Positions 46,652 through 56,544 of a stretch of DNA of 64,000 bases are shown piece after piece; the first letter of the stretch is position 1, and the number at the start of each line of letters is the position of its first letter. This DNA comes from Spirochaetia bacterium (GTDB lineage: Bacteria; Spirochaetota; Spirochaetia; UBA9216). Position numbers and translations under genes: made by a program. The stretch covers positions 1,632,001 to 1,696,000 of the forward strand of contig OY776510.1 in assembly GCA_963675665.1 (NCBI GenBank), read 5' to 3'. The notes under the pieces are model-generated. The model ran no database searches. It was not told the origin of the DNA and saw only the letters and a list, made by a program, of their open reading frames with translations.

Positions 46652-47752
46652 TCAATCATACAACAGACCTTTGATATCTGCATCATCCATATTGTCTTTA
46701 TTGTAGAACTTGGCGCCTGTGTCTACGTCGGATACACTTTCACCCTTGTAAGCTTTGTAAGCAAGCTCAACAGCCTTGTAGCCGATAGAGTACGGGTCCT
46801 GGGTAATTGAACCGAGGAAATACTCATTTCTTACGGCATTTTTCTGGCCTTCACCGGCATCATATCCGATAACAGTTACGCCCGGATAAGCTGCAGGAAG
46901 ATCTGCTCCGTCGTTTGTTGCTGCAAGAAGTCCTTTTACGGTTGCTTCATTTGAACAGAAAATACCGAGTATGTTAGCTTCTTTTACCTTGTTCAGTACT
47001 GCTGTAGCTGCTGCCGCTGCATCTGTTGCTGCCGCAGAAGCGGGTACTACCATTTCGATGAAAACTTTTTTTCCGCTTGTTGGGTTCTTTGCATCTATAT
47101 AGGCGGGGTTTCCCTGAACCTTGATATCGGAAGCCGAGAGTGCTGTGTTTGATACAATAAGGTCGACCATTGTGTCTCTGAAACCACGTCCGCGTGAAAG
47201 AAGAGATTCACCCGCCGCATCCTGGTTTAATACAACGATTGCTACAGGAGCTGCAGCGCTGGCGGCTTCAATGTCGCTCTTGATTACTTCAAACATCTTC
47301 TTTGCTGCCATTCCGGCGGCATTATAGTTATCAGTTGATGCGTTTGCATAGATTGAGCCTTTGGGTGCATTAGGTACACCGGAGTCAAATCCGATTACGG
47401 GGATTTCTGCATCAAGGCATTCCTGAAGCTGGTCCATTACCGAAGTTGTATCGAGGGCGGCAAGTGCGATTGCTACAGGATTCTTTGCCATTGCATTGTT
47501 CAGCATTTCAACCTGAATCTGAACGTCACTTTCTGAAGGAGGGCCTTCAAATGTGATATCAACGCCGTATTCCTCTGCCGCCGCGTTAGCGCCAAGTTTT
47601 ACCTGCTGCCAGAAGTCGTGCTGTTCTCCCTTTGAAACTACAGCGATATAAGGGGTCCCCTTTTCCTGCTGTCCTCCTGCAAAAACCGGTGCGGCGAATG
47701 TAACTGCCACAGCTGCGATTAATGCAACAATCAGTACTTTTGACATTTTCAT
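46652..47752 (-). CDS. Sugar ABC transporter substrate-binding protein (RbsB-like)
   Basis: Signal peptide ...FAGGQQE, DFWQQV, FDSG, STDN and TQDPYSIGY motifs; start moved to 47752 (or 47746). Confidence 0.9.
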   Translation of the reverse strand: MKMSKVLIVALIAAVAVTFAAPVFAGGQQEKGTPYIAVVSKGEQHDFWQQVKLGANAAAEEYGVDITFEGPPSESDVQIQVEMLNNAMAKNPVAIALAALDTTSVMDQLQECLDAEIPVIGFDSGVPNAPKGSIYANASTDNYNAAGMAAKKMFEVIKSDIEAASAAAPVAIVVLNQDAAGESLLSRGRGFRDTMVDLIVSNTALSASDIKVQGNPAYIDAKNPTSGKKVFIEMVVPASAAATDAAAAATAVLNKVKEANILGIFCSNEATVKGLLAATNDGADLPAAYPGVTVIGYDAGEGQKNAVRNEYFLGSITQDPYSIGYKAVELAYKAYKGESVSDVDTGAKFYNKDNMDDADIKGLLYD

Positions 47753-47865
47753 AAATATCCTCCTATGGATTCCCGCCATGGATGCGGGTTGTCGAGGTGA
47801 AGTTTGAATAGCAACGCTTTCAAACTTCGAAATAAAATTGAACATGGAGGTTCAATTTTATTCAT
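47753..47865. mobile_element. Solo 113-bp copy of the three-hairpin element (MITE/REP-like)
   Basis: Same hairpin order as the 20.3-20.9 kb units: cccgc-catggat-gcggg, gaagtttg...caaacttc, and an AT-rich stem with an ATGGAG loop. Flanked by TTCAT direct repeats. Mobility is inferred. Confidence 0.6.
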
Positions 47866-47906
47866 CCTCCTAATTTTTAACCTGAATACTCAGGTTTATT
47901 CCTTTT

Positions 47907-49157
47907 TTATTGCGATTTCTTTGATGCGAGCAGAAATTCACGCTCAGCGGCTTTCTCTTCTGCAAGTATCCTGGCTTTTTCAGCTTTTTCTTCACTTCTC
48001 ATCTTTGTGTATGTAATTTTCATCCGGGTACGTGTCTCGGCAATTTCCCTTTTAAGCGCTCCGGCATCGCCGCTTCCGGAGGCCAGCTGGTTTTTGAGTT
48101 CGGCAATTGTCTCAAGCATCGACTGTCTGTATGAGTCGGCAGGGGTAAGAATCCTGACTTCAGAAGCCTTTTTATTGCGGTAAAGATCAAGCAGTACTGC
48201 TCCAATTACAACAATACCTGTAAAAAAGGTTTGAAAGTGCGCCTGAAGATCCATTGACGGAAGCCCGGCGCGCAGAACACTCATGATGTAAACACCGATC
48301 ATCGTGCCGAAAACAGATCCGATGCCGCCGGAAAGCGATGTTCCGCCGATTACTGCTCCTGCAATTGCATACAGTTCAAACCCCTGACCCTGTGCCGGCA
48401 TAACTGTTGTATATACCGCGGCGAAAGCTATTCCGCCTATGCCTGAACAGATTCCGCTGACGACATAAGCCATCATTTCCCATAATTTTACATTTACGCC
48501 TGAAAGCCGGGCTGCTTCCTTGTTGCTGCCGATTGCAAAGATGTATCGTCCCATTTTTGTTTTTGTAAGGACGATGAATGCTATAATTGCCACGCCGAAC
48601 AGAATTATTGCCCCGGTCGGGATTGAGAAACGGTCTTCGGTGATATATTTAAAGAAATCCTTGAACCATCCGTCTTCATTTGCACGGGTAGGGAAGGTTG
48701 CGCTTCTTACGTTTGATACAATAGAACCTACGCCCATGGAAATCATCATTGTTCCCAATGTGGCTATGAAAGGCGGCAGACTGAGTCTTGATACGAGTAT
48801 GCCGTTAAAAACTCCGAAAGCAATTGCAACCGCCATTATCAGAACAAGCGATGCCGCCATCGACCAGCCCCAGGTTTTGTATGCAGTTCCTCCGATGATT
48901 GCCGCGCACATCATAACCGTGCCGCATGATAAATCGATACCGCCTGTGATTATAACGAAGGTTACCCCGATTGAAATGAATCCGATGTAATATGATGAAT
49001 CAAGTATGTTAACAAGGGTGGTGTAGGAAAAAAAGTTACGTCCGAATAATCCAAAAAATACGTACAGGATTACAAGAGCAGCCGGTGCAAGAAATTTCTG
49101 CATTCCGATTTCCTTCATGTTTTCCCAGACTGTTTTATTATCGTTCAAGGTTTTCAT
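47907..49157 (-). CDS. Sugar ABC transporter permease (RbsC-like) with a C-terminal coiled-coil extension
   Basis: TGGIDLS, PPFIATLG, AARLSGV and IGGTSL.GG motifs. Confidence 0.9.
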   Translation of the reverse strand: MKTLNDNKTVWENMKEIGMQKFLAPAALVILYVFFGLFGRNFFSYTTLVNILDSSYYIGFISIGVTFVIITGGIDLSCGTVMMCAAIIGGTAYKTWGWSMAASLVLIMAVAIAFGVFNGILVSRLSLPPFIATLGTMMISMGVGSIVSNVRSATFPTRANEDGWFKDFFKYITEDRFSIPTGAIILFGVAIIAFIVLTKTKMGRYIFAIGSNKEAARLSGVNVKLWEMMAYVVSGICSGIGGIAFAAVYTTVMPAQGQGFELYAIAGAVIGGTSLSGGIGSVFGTMIGVYIMSVLRAGLPSMDLQAHFQTFFTGIVVIGAVLLDLYRNKKASEVRILTPADSYRQSMLETIAELKNQLASGSGDAGALKREIAETRTRMKITYTKMRSEEKAEKARILAEEKAAEREFLLASKKSQ

Positions 49158-50662
49158 TATTTATTCTCCTGATTTCGCATAGTGGCGTAATGCATTATCT
49201 TTTCCTGTGATGCATCTTCGATATCAATTTCGCCTGTTATTCTGCCTTCACACATGACCATGATTCGGTCGCTCATTCTCAGGATTTCCGGCAGTTCCGA
49301 AGAAATCATGATTATCGATTTTCCTTCGCGGGCCAGTTCGTTCATAAGCGTGTAAATTTCACTTTTTGCACCGACATCAATCCCGCGGGTCGGTTCGTCA
49401 AAGATAAGAATGTCGCTGTTTCTGATAAGCCATTTTGCTATAACTACCTTCTGCTGATTTCCTCCGGAGAGATTTTTGAGCAGTTGATCCAGGTTCGGTG
49501 TTTTAATTTTCAGTTTGTCAACGTAGGTATTTACAACTGTTTCAACCTGTTTTTTATGAATGAAGAGGCCGCGCGCATACTTTTCGTATGAGGCAAGTAT
49601 CGCATTGTCGGCAACGCTCATTCCGACTGCAAGGCCGAACCGTTTTCGGTCTTCGGACAGGTATCCGATTCCGTAGCCTACAGCGTCCATCGGCGTGTTA
49701 ACCCTGACGGGTTTTCCGTCAACAAAAATGGTGCCGGTTTCAATCTCGTCGGCTCCGAAAACCGCACGGGCAGTCTCGGTTCTGCCGGCGCCCATAAGGC
49801 CTGCAAAACCGAGGATTTCGCCGCGTCTCAGTTTGAAACTGACATCTTTAACCATTTTCCCGGCATTCAGGTTGTTAACTTCAAGTACAACGGGAGCATC
49901 TTTGGGGACATTGCTTTTTGATTTTGGTTCTTCATATATAACGCGGCCGACCATCATGTTGATAATGTCTTCCTTGGAAATATTAGTGGTGTTTTTTGTT
50001 CCGACGTATTCACCGTCGCGAAGAACTGTTACACGATCGGTAATCTGGCCGATTTCGTCCATTCTGTGCGAAATGTAGATCATTGCAACGCCTTTTGCTG
50101 CAAGGTCGCGCATGATTGAAAACAAGTCGTTAATCTCAGTTTCGGTAAGCGCTGCAGTGGGTTCGTCGAGGATAAGTATTTTGAGATCATGAGATACCGC
50201 CTTGGCAATCTCCACCATTTGCTGTTTGCCGACTGTGAGTTTGCCCAGTGTGACTGTCGGATCAATATCCATATTCAAACGGTTTAACAACCCTGCAGTC
50301 CGCTGGTTCTGTTTCTTTTCGCTTAGAAACATTCCGTTCATTGATTCGCGTCCGATAAATATATTCTGAGCTACTGTCAGTTCATCCATCATGTTAAGTT
50401 CCTGATGAATGATTCCAATACCTTTTTCCAGCGCATCTTTTGGGCCGGACGGATTGAAAAGTTTTCCAAGATAAAAAATTTCACCGGAATCTTTCGGAAA
50501 TATTCCGGTCAGCGCTTTCATGAGCGTAGATTTACCGGCTCCGTTTTCACCGACAAGGGCGTGTATCTCGCCCTCACGCAGATCAAAATCCACACCCTTC
50601 AATGCGTGTACGCCGGTAAAACGTTTATCAATTTTTTTCATTGAGAGGACTGTTTCCCTCAC
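49157..50662 (-). CDS. Sugar ABC transporter ATP-binding protein (RbsA-like)
   Basis: GENGAGKST, LDEPT, LSGGNQQKV and DEPTRGID motifs. Confidence 0.95.
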   Translation of the reverse strand: MRETVLSMKKIDKRFTGVHALKGVDFDLREGEIHALVGENGAGKSTLMKALTGIFPKDSGEIFYLGKLFNPSGPKDALEKGIGIIHQELNMMDELTVAQNIFIGRESMNGMFLSEKKQNQRTAGLLNRLNMDIDPTVTLGKLTVGKQQMVEIAKAVSHDLKILILDEPTAALTETEINDLFSIMRDLAAKGVAMIYISHRMDEIGQITDRVTVLRDGEYVGTKNTTNISKEDIINMMVGRVIYEEPKSKSNVPKDAPVVLEVNNLNAGKMVKDVSFKLRRGEILGFAGLMGAGRTETARAVFGADEIETGTIFVDGKPVRVNTPMDAVGYGIGYLSEDRKRFGLAVGMSVADNAILASYEKYARGLFIHKKQVETVVNTYVDKLKIKTPNLDQLLKNLSGGNQQKVVIAKWLIRNSDILIFDEPTRGIDVGAKSEIYTLMNELAREGKSIIMISSELPEILRMSDRIMVMCEGRITGEIDIEDASQEKIMHYATMRNQENK

Positions 50663-50792
50663 CGTTGGTAACTCCTTCTTCCAAAAGATATTTCAATTAT
50701 CCACCCGAAAATGAGATCGCGAAATCGAGGAATTTACGGAGAATGTTTAAGATTTTCCAGTTACGGCTGAAATTTGAATGAATTTTACATTT

Positions 50793-51779
50793 TTATTGTG
50801 CGGTGAAAGGAAACAGAAGTTCCTGATATTCCCGCTGAAACATGTTTTCCTTTGTTATCAGAACGGAACCAGTGTCGATTATTCTTTCTATAGGTTTCCC
50901 GGACAGGTACTCTGCAGCAGTCTTTACTGCAAGGTATCCCATATTATACGGACGCTGAACTACAGTAGCCTTAATAACACCTTCTTCAAGAAAAAGTAAT
51001 TCCCTGATTGCATTGTCGAACCCGACGACGAAAACCCGGTCTTTTTCTCCAGTTTCGTCTATAGCGCGGGCAACACCCAAAGCTGATACTTCATTCAGCG
51101 CCACAATCCCGCCCAGCTCGGGATTTTTAAGCAGTTCAAGGGTTATCAGGTAGGCTTTTTCCTGCTCGACATCACAAAACCAGGTGCCTATGATATTTTC
51201 GCTTTCCAGCGCGCTTCGGACTCCGGCCTCACGGTCTATTGCCGTGGCGGTTTCCTGAATATGGCTGACGATCGCTATTTCATTGTTGGTTTTTCCTTCT
51301 ATCAGCCTCTTCATTTCGGTTCCGGCCTTAAATCCCGCTTCCAGGTTGTCTGTTGCAATAAAGGATACCGGTATATCCGAATCTACGCCCGAATCAAGTG
51401 TTATTACCGGAATTTTTTTTGCTGCTGCATTTTCGACGGATTGAACCAGGCGTTTAAAGTCGTTTGCCGCAAGAATAAGCATAGGCGGTTCTTTTTCCAG
51501 TATGCCGTTGAGTATGTTTATCTGGAGGGTTATTTCCTTTTCAAAACGGGGGCCGGATATTTCCACCTCAACGCCGAATTCTTTGGCCGCCTGATCAATT
51601 CCCTGCTGAACAACATCCCAGAAGTCCATAGGCTGACCTTTTATTGATTTCAATACTATCTGGATCGGCTTGTCCAGATTTAATTCTTCAGTTCGCGAGT
51701 TTCCATAAAAGACGGAAAGAAAAATAAAAAGCACCAGGGCTGCAAACAGGCTGAGCAGCAGCATGGACCAGTTTTTCAT
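50793..51779 (-). CDS. Membrane-anchored sugar-binding protein, probable sensor component
   Basis: Periplasmic-binding-protein fold motifs (DFW, IATDN, GFD, QRPYNMGY); overlaps the kinase gene. Confidence 0.8.
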   Translation of the reverse strand: MKNWSMLLLSLFAALVLFIFLSVFYGNSRTEELNLDKPIQIVLKSIKGQPMDFWDVVQQGIDQAAKEFGVEVEISGPRFEKEITLQINILNGILEKEPPMLILAANDFKRLVQSVENAAAKKIPVITLDSGVDSDIPVSFIATDNLEAGFKAGTEMKRLIEGKTNNEIAIVSHIQETATAIDREAGVRSALESENIIGTWFCDVEQEKAYLITLELLKNPELGGIVALNEVSALGVARAIDETGEKDRVFVVGFDNAIRELLFLEEGVIKATVVQRPYNMGYLAVKTAAEYLSGKPIERIIDTGSVLITKENMFQREYQELLFPFTAQ

Positions 51780-53554
51780 ACTGATGTCTCCTGGACAACA
51801 GCCAGCGGTATTCTGACCGAGATAGTAGTGCCTTTGCCGTAGCTGCTTGTTATTTTCAATCCGTATTCATCTCCGAAGTAAAGTCTGATGCGCTCATGGA
51901 CATTTCTGACACCCATACCCTGTCTACTGAGTTTTTGCTTTTCGGCGGAGTCGGCAAAGATTCCGGTTTTAAGCTCTTCCAGCTGTCCGGAAGTCATCCC
52001 CAGACCGTTATCCGTAACTTCCATGATTATATCTTCGTTCTGCCTTCGACCGGTGATGCTGATGAAGCCCTGGTGGTCAACCTCTTTAATGCCGTGATAG
52101 ATTGCGTTCTCAACAAGCGGTTGAAGGGTAATCTTCAGAATCTGCATATCATGCAGTTCCGGTTCTATATCAAGCATATAACGGAATTTATCGCGGTAAC
52201 GCATTTCCTGTATAGTAAGATAGGACTGTACATGAGCTATCTCCTCGTTAATGGTAATAATTTCGCGGCCCTTGCTGATTGATATTCTGAAAAGCTTTGA
52301 CAGGGCGGAAGTCATCTGAACGACTTCACGGTTTTGACCCATTTCTCCCATCCATATGATGGAATCAAGGGTGTTGTAGAGAAAATGAGGATTGATCTGC
52401 GCCTGAAGCGCTTTCAAGTCGCTTTTTCTTTTCAGTTCCTGTTCACGGACATTCTCGTCGACAAGCTCTCTTATCCGGCTGACCATTATATCATATTCAC
52501 GGGCCAGCTCCCTGATCTCATCGGTTCCTTTTATATTGCCGGCCAGATGAAATTCACCATATTCTACGCTTTTCATAATATCCTGCAGTTTACGAACCGG
52601 TTTGGTAATACCTGATGAAATCATGTTTGTGAATATACCGACTACTATGAAAAGTATCAGGCCAATTACCGCGTAGGAAAGCTGGACATAACGCCAGTCT
52701 GTAGTAATATCCCTGCGGTATGTTACATTAACGATATGCCAGCCTGTCAATGCAGAGGTTTCAACCGTAAAATAATGCTCACCGTCGAAATATGGATCGG
52801 AACCGGGGGTTTGGGCAAGTTTTATTATTTCTTCAACAGGCTCAACTCTGATATTGCTGTAGACAAGCTGCTGCATCGGGTGAAACACATAGTTTCCGTC
52901 CTTGTCGAGAATAAAATCATAACTTCTCTCTCCGATAACCAGTGATCTGCAGAGTTCGTTTATTCTGTTGAACTTAAGATCAAGCAGCAGAATACCAAGA
53001 AACTGCCTTGTATCGTTTGATATTACAGCCCTGCTGATTGAGACTATCCAGGAATATTTACCCTTAACGATATTCTGTACATATGAGGTGGAGACCGTCG
53101 TCCGGCCCATTGCCTCCCGGGCAGATTTATACCAGTGTTTCTCTTTTATATCCATCCAGGGGTTAATCTCTGCTGCAGGGTCTCCGGAAATCAGCCGCCC
53201 GTCGTTACTGAATAAAAAAATTCCCGAGATATCTTCCCTGGCCTGAATATAATTGGCAAGTCTTTTTTCGGTTTCCATACAGACAGCGCTCCCGGAGCTC
53301 TGTATGAGGCACTGCTGAACCAGGTTGTCTTCAACAACAGTGTCTGCAAGCTGTTCCATGCTGCTTATATAACCGTCAATCTGGGTGGCAAGCTGTCCCA
53401 GAAGGGCCCGGTTGCTGGCCAGTACTGAATTTCGGACTGTATTGATTGTATACTGGAATGATACAAGCTGCATGATAAAGACGGCCGCAAAAATCATCAG
53501 TGTGAATATGGTATAGATCCTTGATTGTAGTGTTCCGAATCCCCAGCTGCGCAT
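51776..53554 (-). CDS. LytS/YesM-family sensor histidine kinase
   Basis: LQAQINPHFLYNTL and LQPLVENAIYHG motifs; Cache-like extracytoplasmic region. Confidence 0.9.
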   Translation of the reverse strand: MRSWGFGTLQSRIYTIFTLMIFAAVFIMQLVSFQYTINTVRNSVLASNRALLGQLATQIDGYISSMEQLADTVVEDNLVQQCLIQSSGSAVCMETEKRLANYIQAREDISGIFLFSNDGRLISGDPAAEINPWMDIKEKHWYKSAREAMGRTTVSTSYVQNIVKGKYSWIVSISRAVISNDTRQFLGILLLDLKFNRINELCRSLVIGERSYDFILDKDGNYVFHPMQQLVYSNIRVEPVEEIIKLAQTPGSDPYFDGEHYFTVETSALTGWHIVNVTYRRDITTDWRYVQLSYAVIGLILFIVVGIFTNMISSGITKPVRKLQDIMKSVEYGEFHLAGNIKGTDEIRELAREYDIMVSRIRELVDENVREQELKRKSDLKALQAQINPHFLYNTLDSIIWMGEMGQNREVVQMTSALSKLFRISISKGREIITINEEIAHVQSYLTIQEMRYRDKFRYMLDIEPELHDMQILKITLQPLVENAIYHGIKEVDHQGFISITGRRQNEDIIMEVTDNGLGMTSGQLEELKTGIFADSAEKQKLSRQGMGVRNVHERIRLYFGDEYGLKITSSYGKGTTISVRIPLAVVQETSV

Positions 53555-55122
53555 TATTCTGCTACACCTTTGCGGTATTCCATTGCCGTCAGGCCGGTCA
53601 GTTTTTTGAATACTATTGAGAAATAACGCGGATCGGAAAAACCTGTTTGTTCGGCCACTTCATATCCTTTCATGTCGGTTGTTTTAAGGAGTTTCTTTGC
53701 TTCTTCAACCCTGAACCCGGTCAGGTATTCAACAAAGGTTTGACCTGTTCCTTCCTTGAACAGCAGACTGAACTGGCTGGTTGAAAGGTACAATTCGTCG
53801 CAGATGTCCTGAAGCGAAAAAGTATTGTCGATATATCGTTCCGATATAATCCTGCGGGCTTTATCTATTCTTGAAAGCACAACATCGTACCTTCTGGATT
53901 GAATAATTTTTTGTATTTCCGCCAGCATTCGAAGGAAGGACATTTTAGCCTGGATCAGCGAACCGAAATTACCGGGCTGGTTGAACAACGGTTCGTTGGC
54001 CCCCGAATCCATCAGGTCCATCTCGTAAAGGAATTGCAGTATCAGAAAATGGAGACGGATAAGGTATCCCGAGGCTTCGGACATTGTCAGATAATGTTCT
54101 TCGAAAAAGGTAAAAATCTCCTCGATCTTTGCATCGGCTGCCTGCGGGCTGCCGGTTTTCAGTGCTGCGGCCAGTTCTCCCGCTTTCCTGTTGAACGCCT
54201 CGAAAGATATTCGTTTTCGGTCGCGGACTTCATTTATTGATATGATCTGCGAGAGCCCGAGAACTTTTGAATAGTCGATTGCACTGCAGGCCCCGCGGTA
54301 TGAGCCCTGCAGATCTTCCGTGGTTTTTACAACTTCACCGCAGCCTACCGATATTTGCTCTTTTTCATGTCGGGAGGTATGTTTGAAAGCTGTTTCCCCT
54401 ATTTTCCGCGCGCGTCTTACCAGTTCATCAGCATTGTTTCCCTGAAGAAGAATTACAATATCTTCTTCCCTGTTGGAGAATATTTCGTCTTCCTGCCGAA
54501 TGCTGGTTTTCAGATATTCTGTCAGAGTCAATGCGTCAAGATCATCCCAGCTTTCAGGCAAATTAAGTACCGTAACCTGGTAGAATGATTTCATATCCCT
54601 GAATTGCAGATCTTCCATTCGTCGGCTGAGGTTCTCATGGGGGATTTTCCCGGAAACAAGCCTGTACAGAAATCTCTGACGCAAAAGCGGAAAACTTTCC
54701 GAGAGGCGTTCTTTCAATATTTCCTGTTCCCGATCCTGCTCTCTGGAGATGTTCATTTCTTTCTCGACACGGAGTAAAACATCTTTAAGTTCGCCTGCTG
54801 TAATGGGTTTCAGAAGAAAGTCTCTTACCTGGTTTTTCAATGCTTCCTGGGCATATTCAAAATCATCATAACCCGACAGCAGCAGAACTGTTATTTTTGG
54901 AAATCGCTCAGCCAGAATTCTGCTCAATGTCAAACCGTCCATTCTAGGCATATTTATATCGGTAATTACTATATCAACAGGATTGTGTTCAAGGTAGTCA
55001 AGGGCCTGTTCGCCGTGTTCGAACATCCCCGCAAGTTCAAAGCCGTTTTCACCCCACGGTAAACAGCTTGATATCCCCTCTCTGATTATTGCCTCATCGT
55101 CTACAAGTATCAGTCGGTACAT
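53554..55122 (-). CDS. YesN-type response regulator (REC plus AraC HTH)
   Basis: LVDDE, TDINMP and C-terminal AraC motif GFSDPRYFS.VFKK.TG. Confidence 0.9.
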   Translation of the reverse strand: MYRLILVDDEAIIREGISSCLPWGENGFELAGMFEHGEQALDYLEHNPVDIVITDINMPRMDGLTLSRILAERFPKITVLLLSGYDDFEYAQEALKNQVRDFLLKPITAGELKDVLLRVEKEMNISREQDREQEILKERLSESFPLLRQRFLYRLVSGKIPHENLSRRMEDLQFRDMKSFYQVTVLNLPESWDDLDALTLTEYLKTSIRQEDEIFSNREEDIVILLQGNNADELVRRARKIGETAFKHTSRHEKEQISVGCGEVVKTTEDLQGSYRGACSAIDYSKVLGLSQIISINEVRDRKRISFEAFNRKAGELAAALKTGSPQAADAKIEEIFTFFEEHYLTMSEASGYLIRLHFLILQFLYEMDLMDSGANEPLFNQPGNFGSLIQAKMSFLRMLAEIQKIIQSRRYDVVLSRIDKARRIISERYIDNTFSLQDICDELYLSTSQFSLLFKEGTGQTFVEYLTGFRVEEAKKLLKTTDMKGYEVAEQTGFSDPRYFSIVFKKLTGLTAMEYRKGVAE

Positions 55123-55203
55123 CTGATTTCCTTAATGGCGGTATTATAACATGGTTATTCCATAAACAGATCGGTAAAATCCGATCTCCATGGTATAATA
55201 TAT

Positions 55204-56544
55204 ATGATGGATGTGTACTACAGCGGTGATATGGACAATTTACCGGGCATACTTGTACGAAAGAGTAAAGACCCCGACGGAATTTGCTGCATATTAAGTT
55301 TTGAGAATTTTATAAAAAATATTGATCCTCAGGACAAGCCCGTGATACTGCCTTTTTTTGATCTGCTTATAAACCGCAGAATTGATAAATTCAGCGAAAC
55401 CTACCGAAGAAATACCGATAAAAAATCGTTTATATGGGTCAAATGCAATGCCAAAATAGGCAAATCTGCTGAAGAGGGTTCCAATTTTATAATTATCCAT
55501 GAAATGGATGTTACTGAATATAAGGAAATCGAAATACGGTTAAGAGCCAATCATGCCGAAGCCGAATCAATGAGGCAGATTGCGGCTGCGATAAGCGCAT
55601 CTCTGAATATGAATGAAACCGTCAGCAGGATTCTGGAGGAAACCCAGCGAGTAATTGCATATGATACCGGAACAGTTCAGCTTTTACATAAAAATGAACT
55701 GGAAGTTATCGGGGGAGTGGGATTCAGCAATAAAAACGCAGTAATGAATCTGAAGTTTCCTTATCCGGAAGAAGGCAGTCTCAGCACAAAAGCAATCAAT
55801 TCAAAGCAGCCTGTATTCTCAAATGATGTTACGGTGGATTTTCCGAGATTTGTTCAGCCGGATCCTGAACACCCTGTTTGCTCGTGGATTGGTATACCCC
55901 TTATCCGTTACGGCGAAGTAATCGGATTGATGGCGCTCGACAGCGCAAGCAGGGGCGCGTACAGCCCTCATGATGTGAAGCTTGCGGAAGTAATTGCCGT
56001 GCATGTAGCCACAGCCCTTGAAAACGCGCGGCTTCATGAAAGAGCATATCAGATGGCAATGGGGGATGCTCTTACGAAAATTGGCAGCCGGTACAGGTTT
56101 CAGATTGAAGGGCGAATTATGGTGGAAACCGCCAGACGCTCTAAACAGAGCTTATCAATGATAATGTTTGATATTGATCATTTCAAAAAAGTGAATGATA
56201 CATATGGGCATATAGCAGGCGATGAGGTTTTAAAGAAGATGGCTGAAGTGGCTGCAGGAGAGCTCAGAACGGTTGATTTATTTGCAAGATACGGAGGCGA
56301 AGAATTTGTTATAATACTGCCCGAAACTGAAAGTAAAGCTGCGCTTACGGTTTTTAACAGAATAAATAAACGGATAGCAGAACTCAGTTATAAGACGGTT
56401 CCGGAAGCTGTTACTGTAAGCGCCGGTATTTATTCGGCAGTTCCGGAAGGCAGCGATACTCTTGAAAGTTTTGTAATAAAAGCTGATGAAGCTATGTATC
56501 TTTCCAAAAACAACGGACGAAACAGGGTAACTCTCTACAAATAG
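55204..56544 (+). CDS. GAF-GGDEF diguanylate cyclase
   Basis: GAF region, DIDHFKKVND.YGH, RTVD I-site and RYGGEEF. Confidence 0.9.
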   Translation: MMDVYYSGDMDNLPGILVRKSKDPDGICCILSFENFIKNIDPQDKPVILPFFDLLINRRIDKFSETYRRNTDKKSFIWVKCNAKIGKSAEEGSNFIIIHEMDVTEYKEIEIRLRANHAEAESMRQIAAAISASLNMNETVSRILEETQRVIAYDTGTVQLLHKNELEVIGGVGFSNKNAVMNLKFPYPEEGSLSTKAINSKQPVFSNDVTVDFPRFVQPDPEHPVCSWIGIPLIRYGEVIGLMALDSASRGAYSPHDVKLAEVIAVHVATALENARLHERAYQMAMGDALTKIGSRYRFQIEGRIMVETARRSKQSLSMIMFDIDHFKKVNDTYGHIAGDEVLKKMAEVAAGELRTVDLFARYGGEEFVIILPETESKAALTVFNRINKRIAELSYKTVPEAVTVSAGIYSAVPEGSDTLESFVIKADEAMYLSKNNGRNRVTLYK

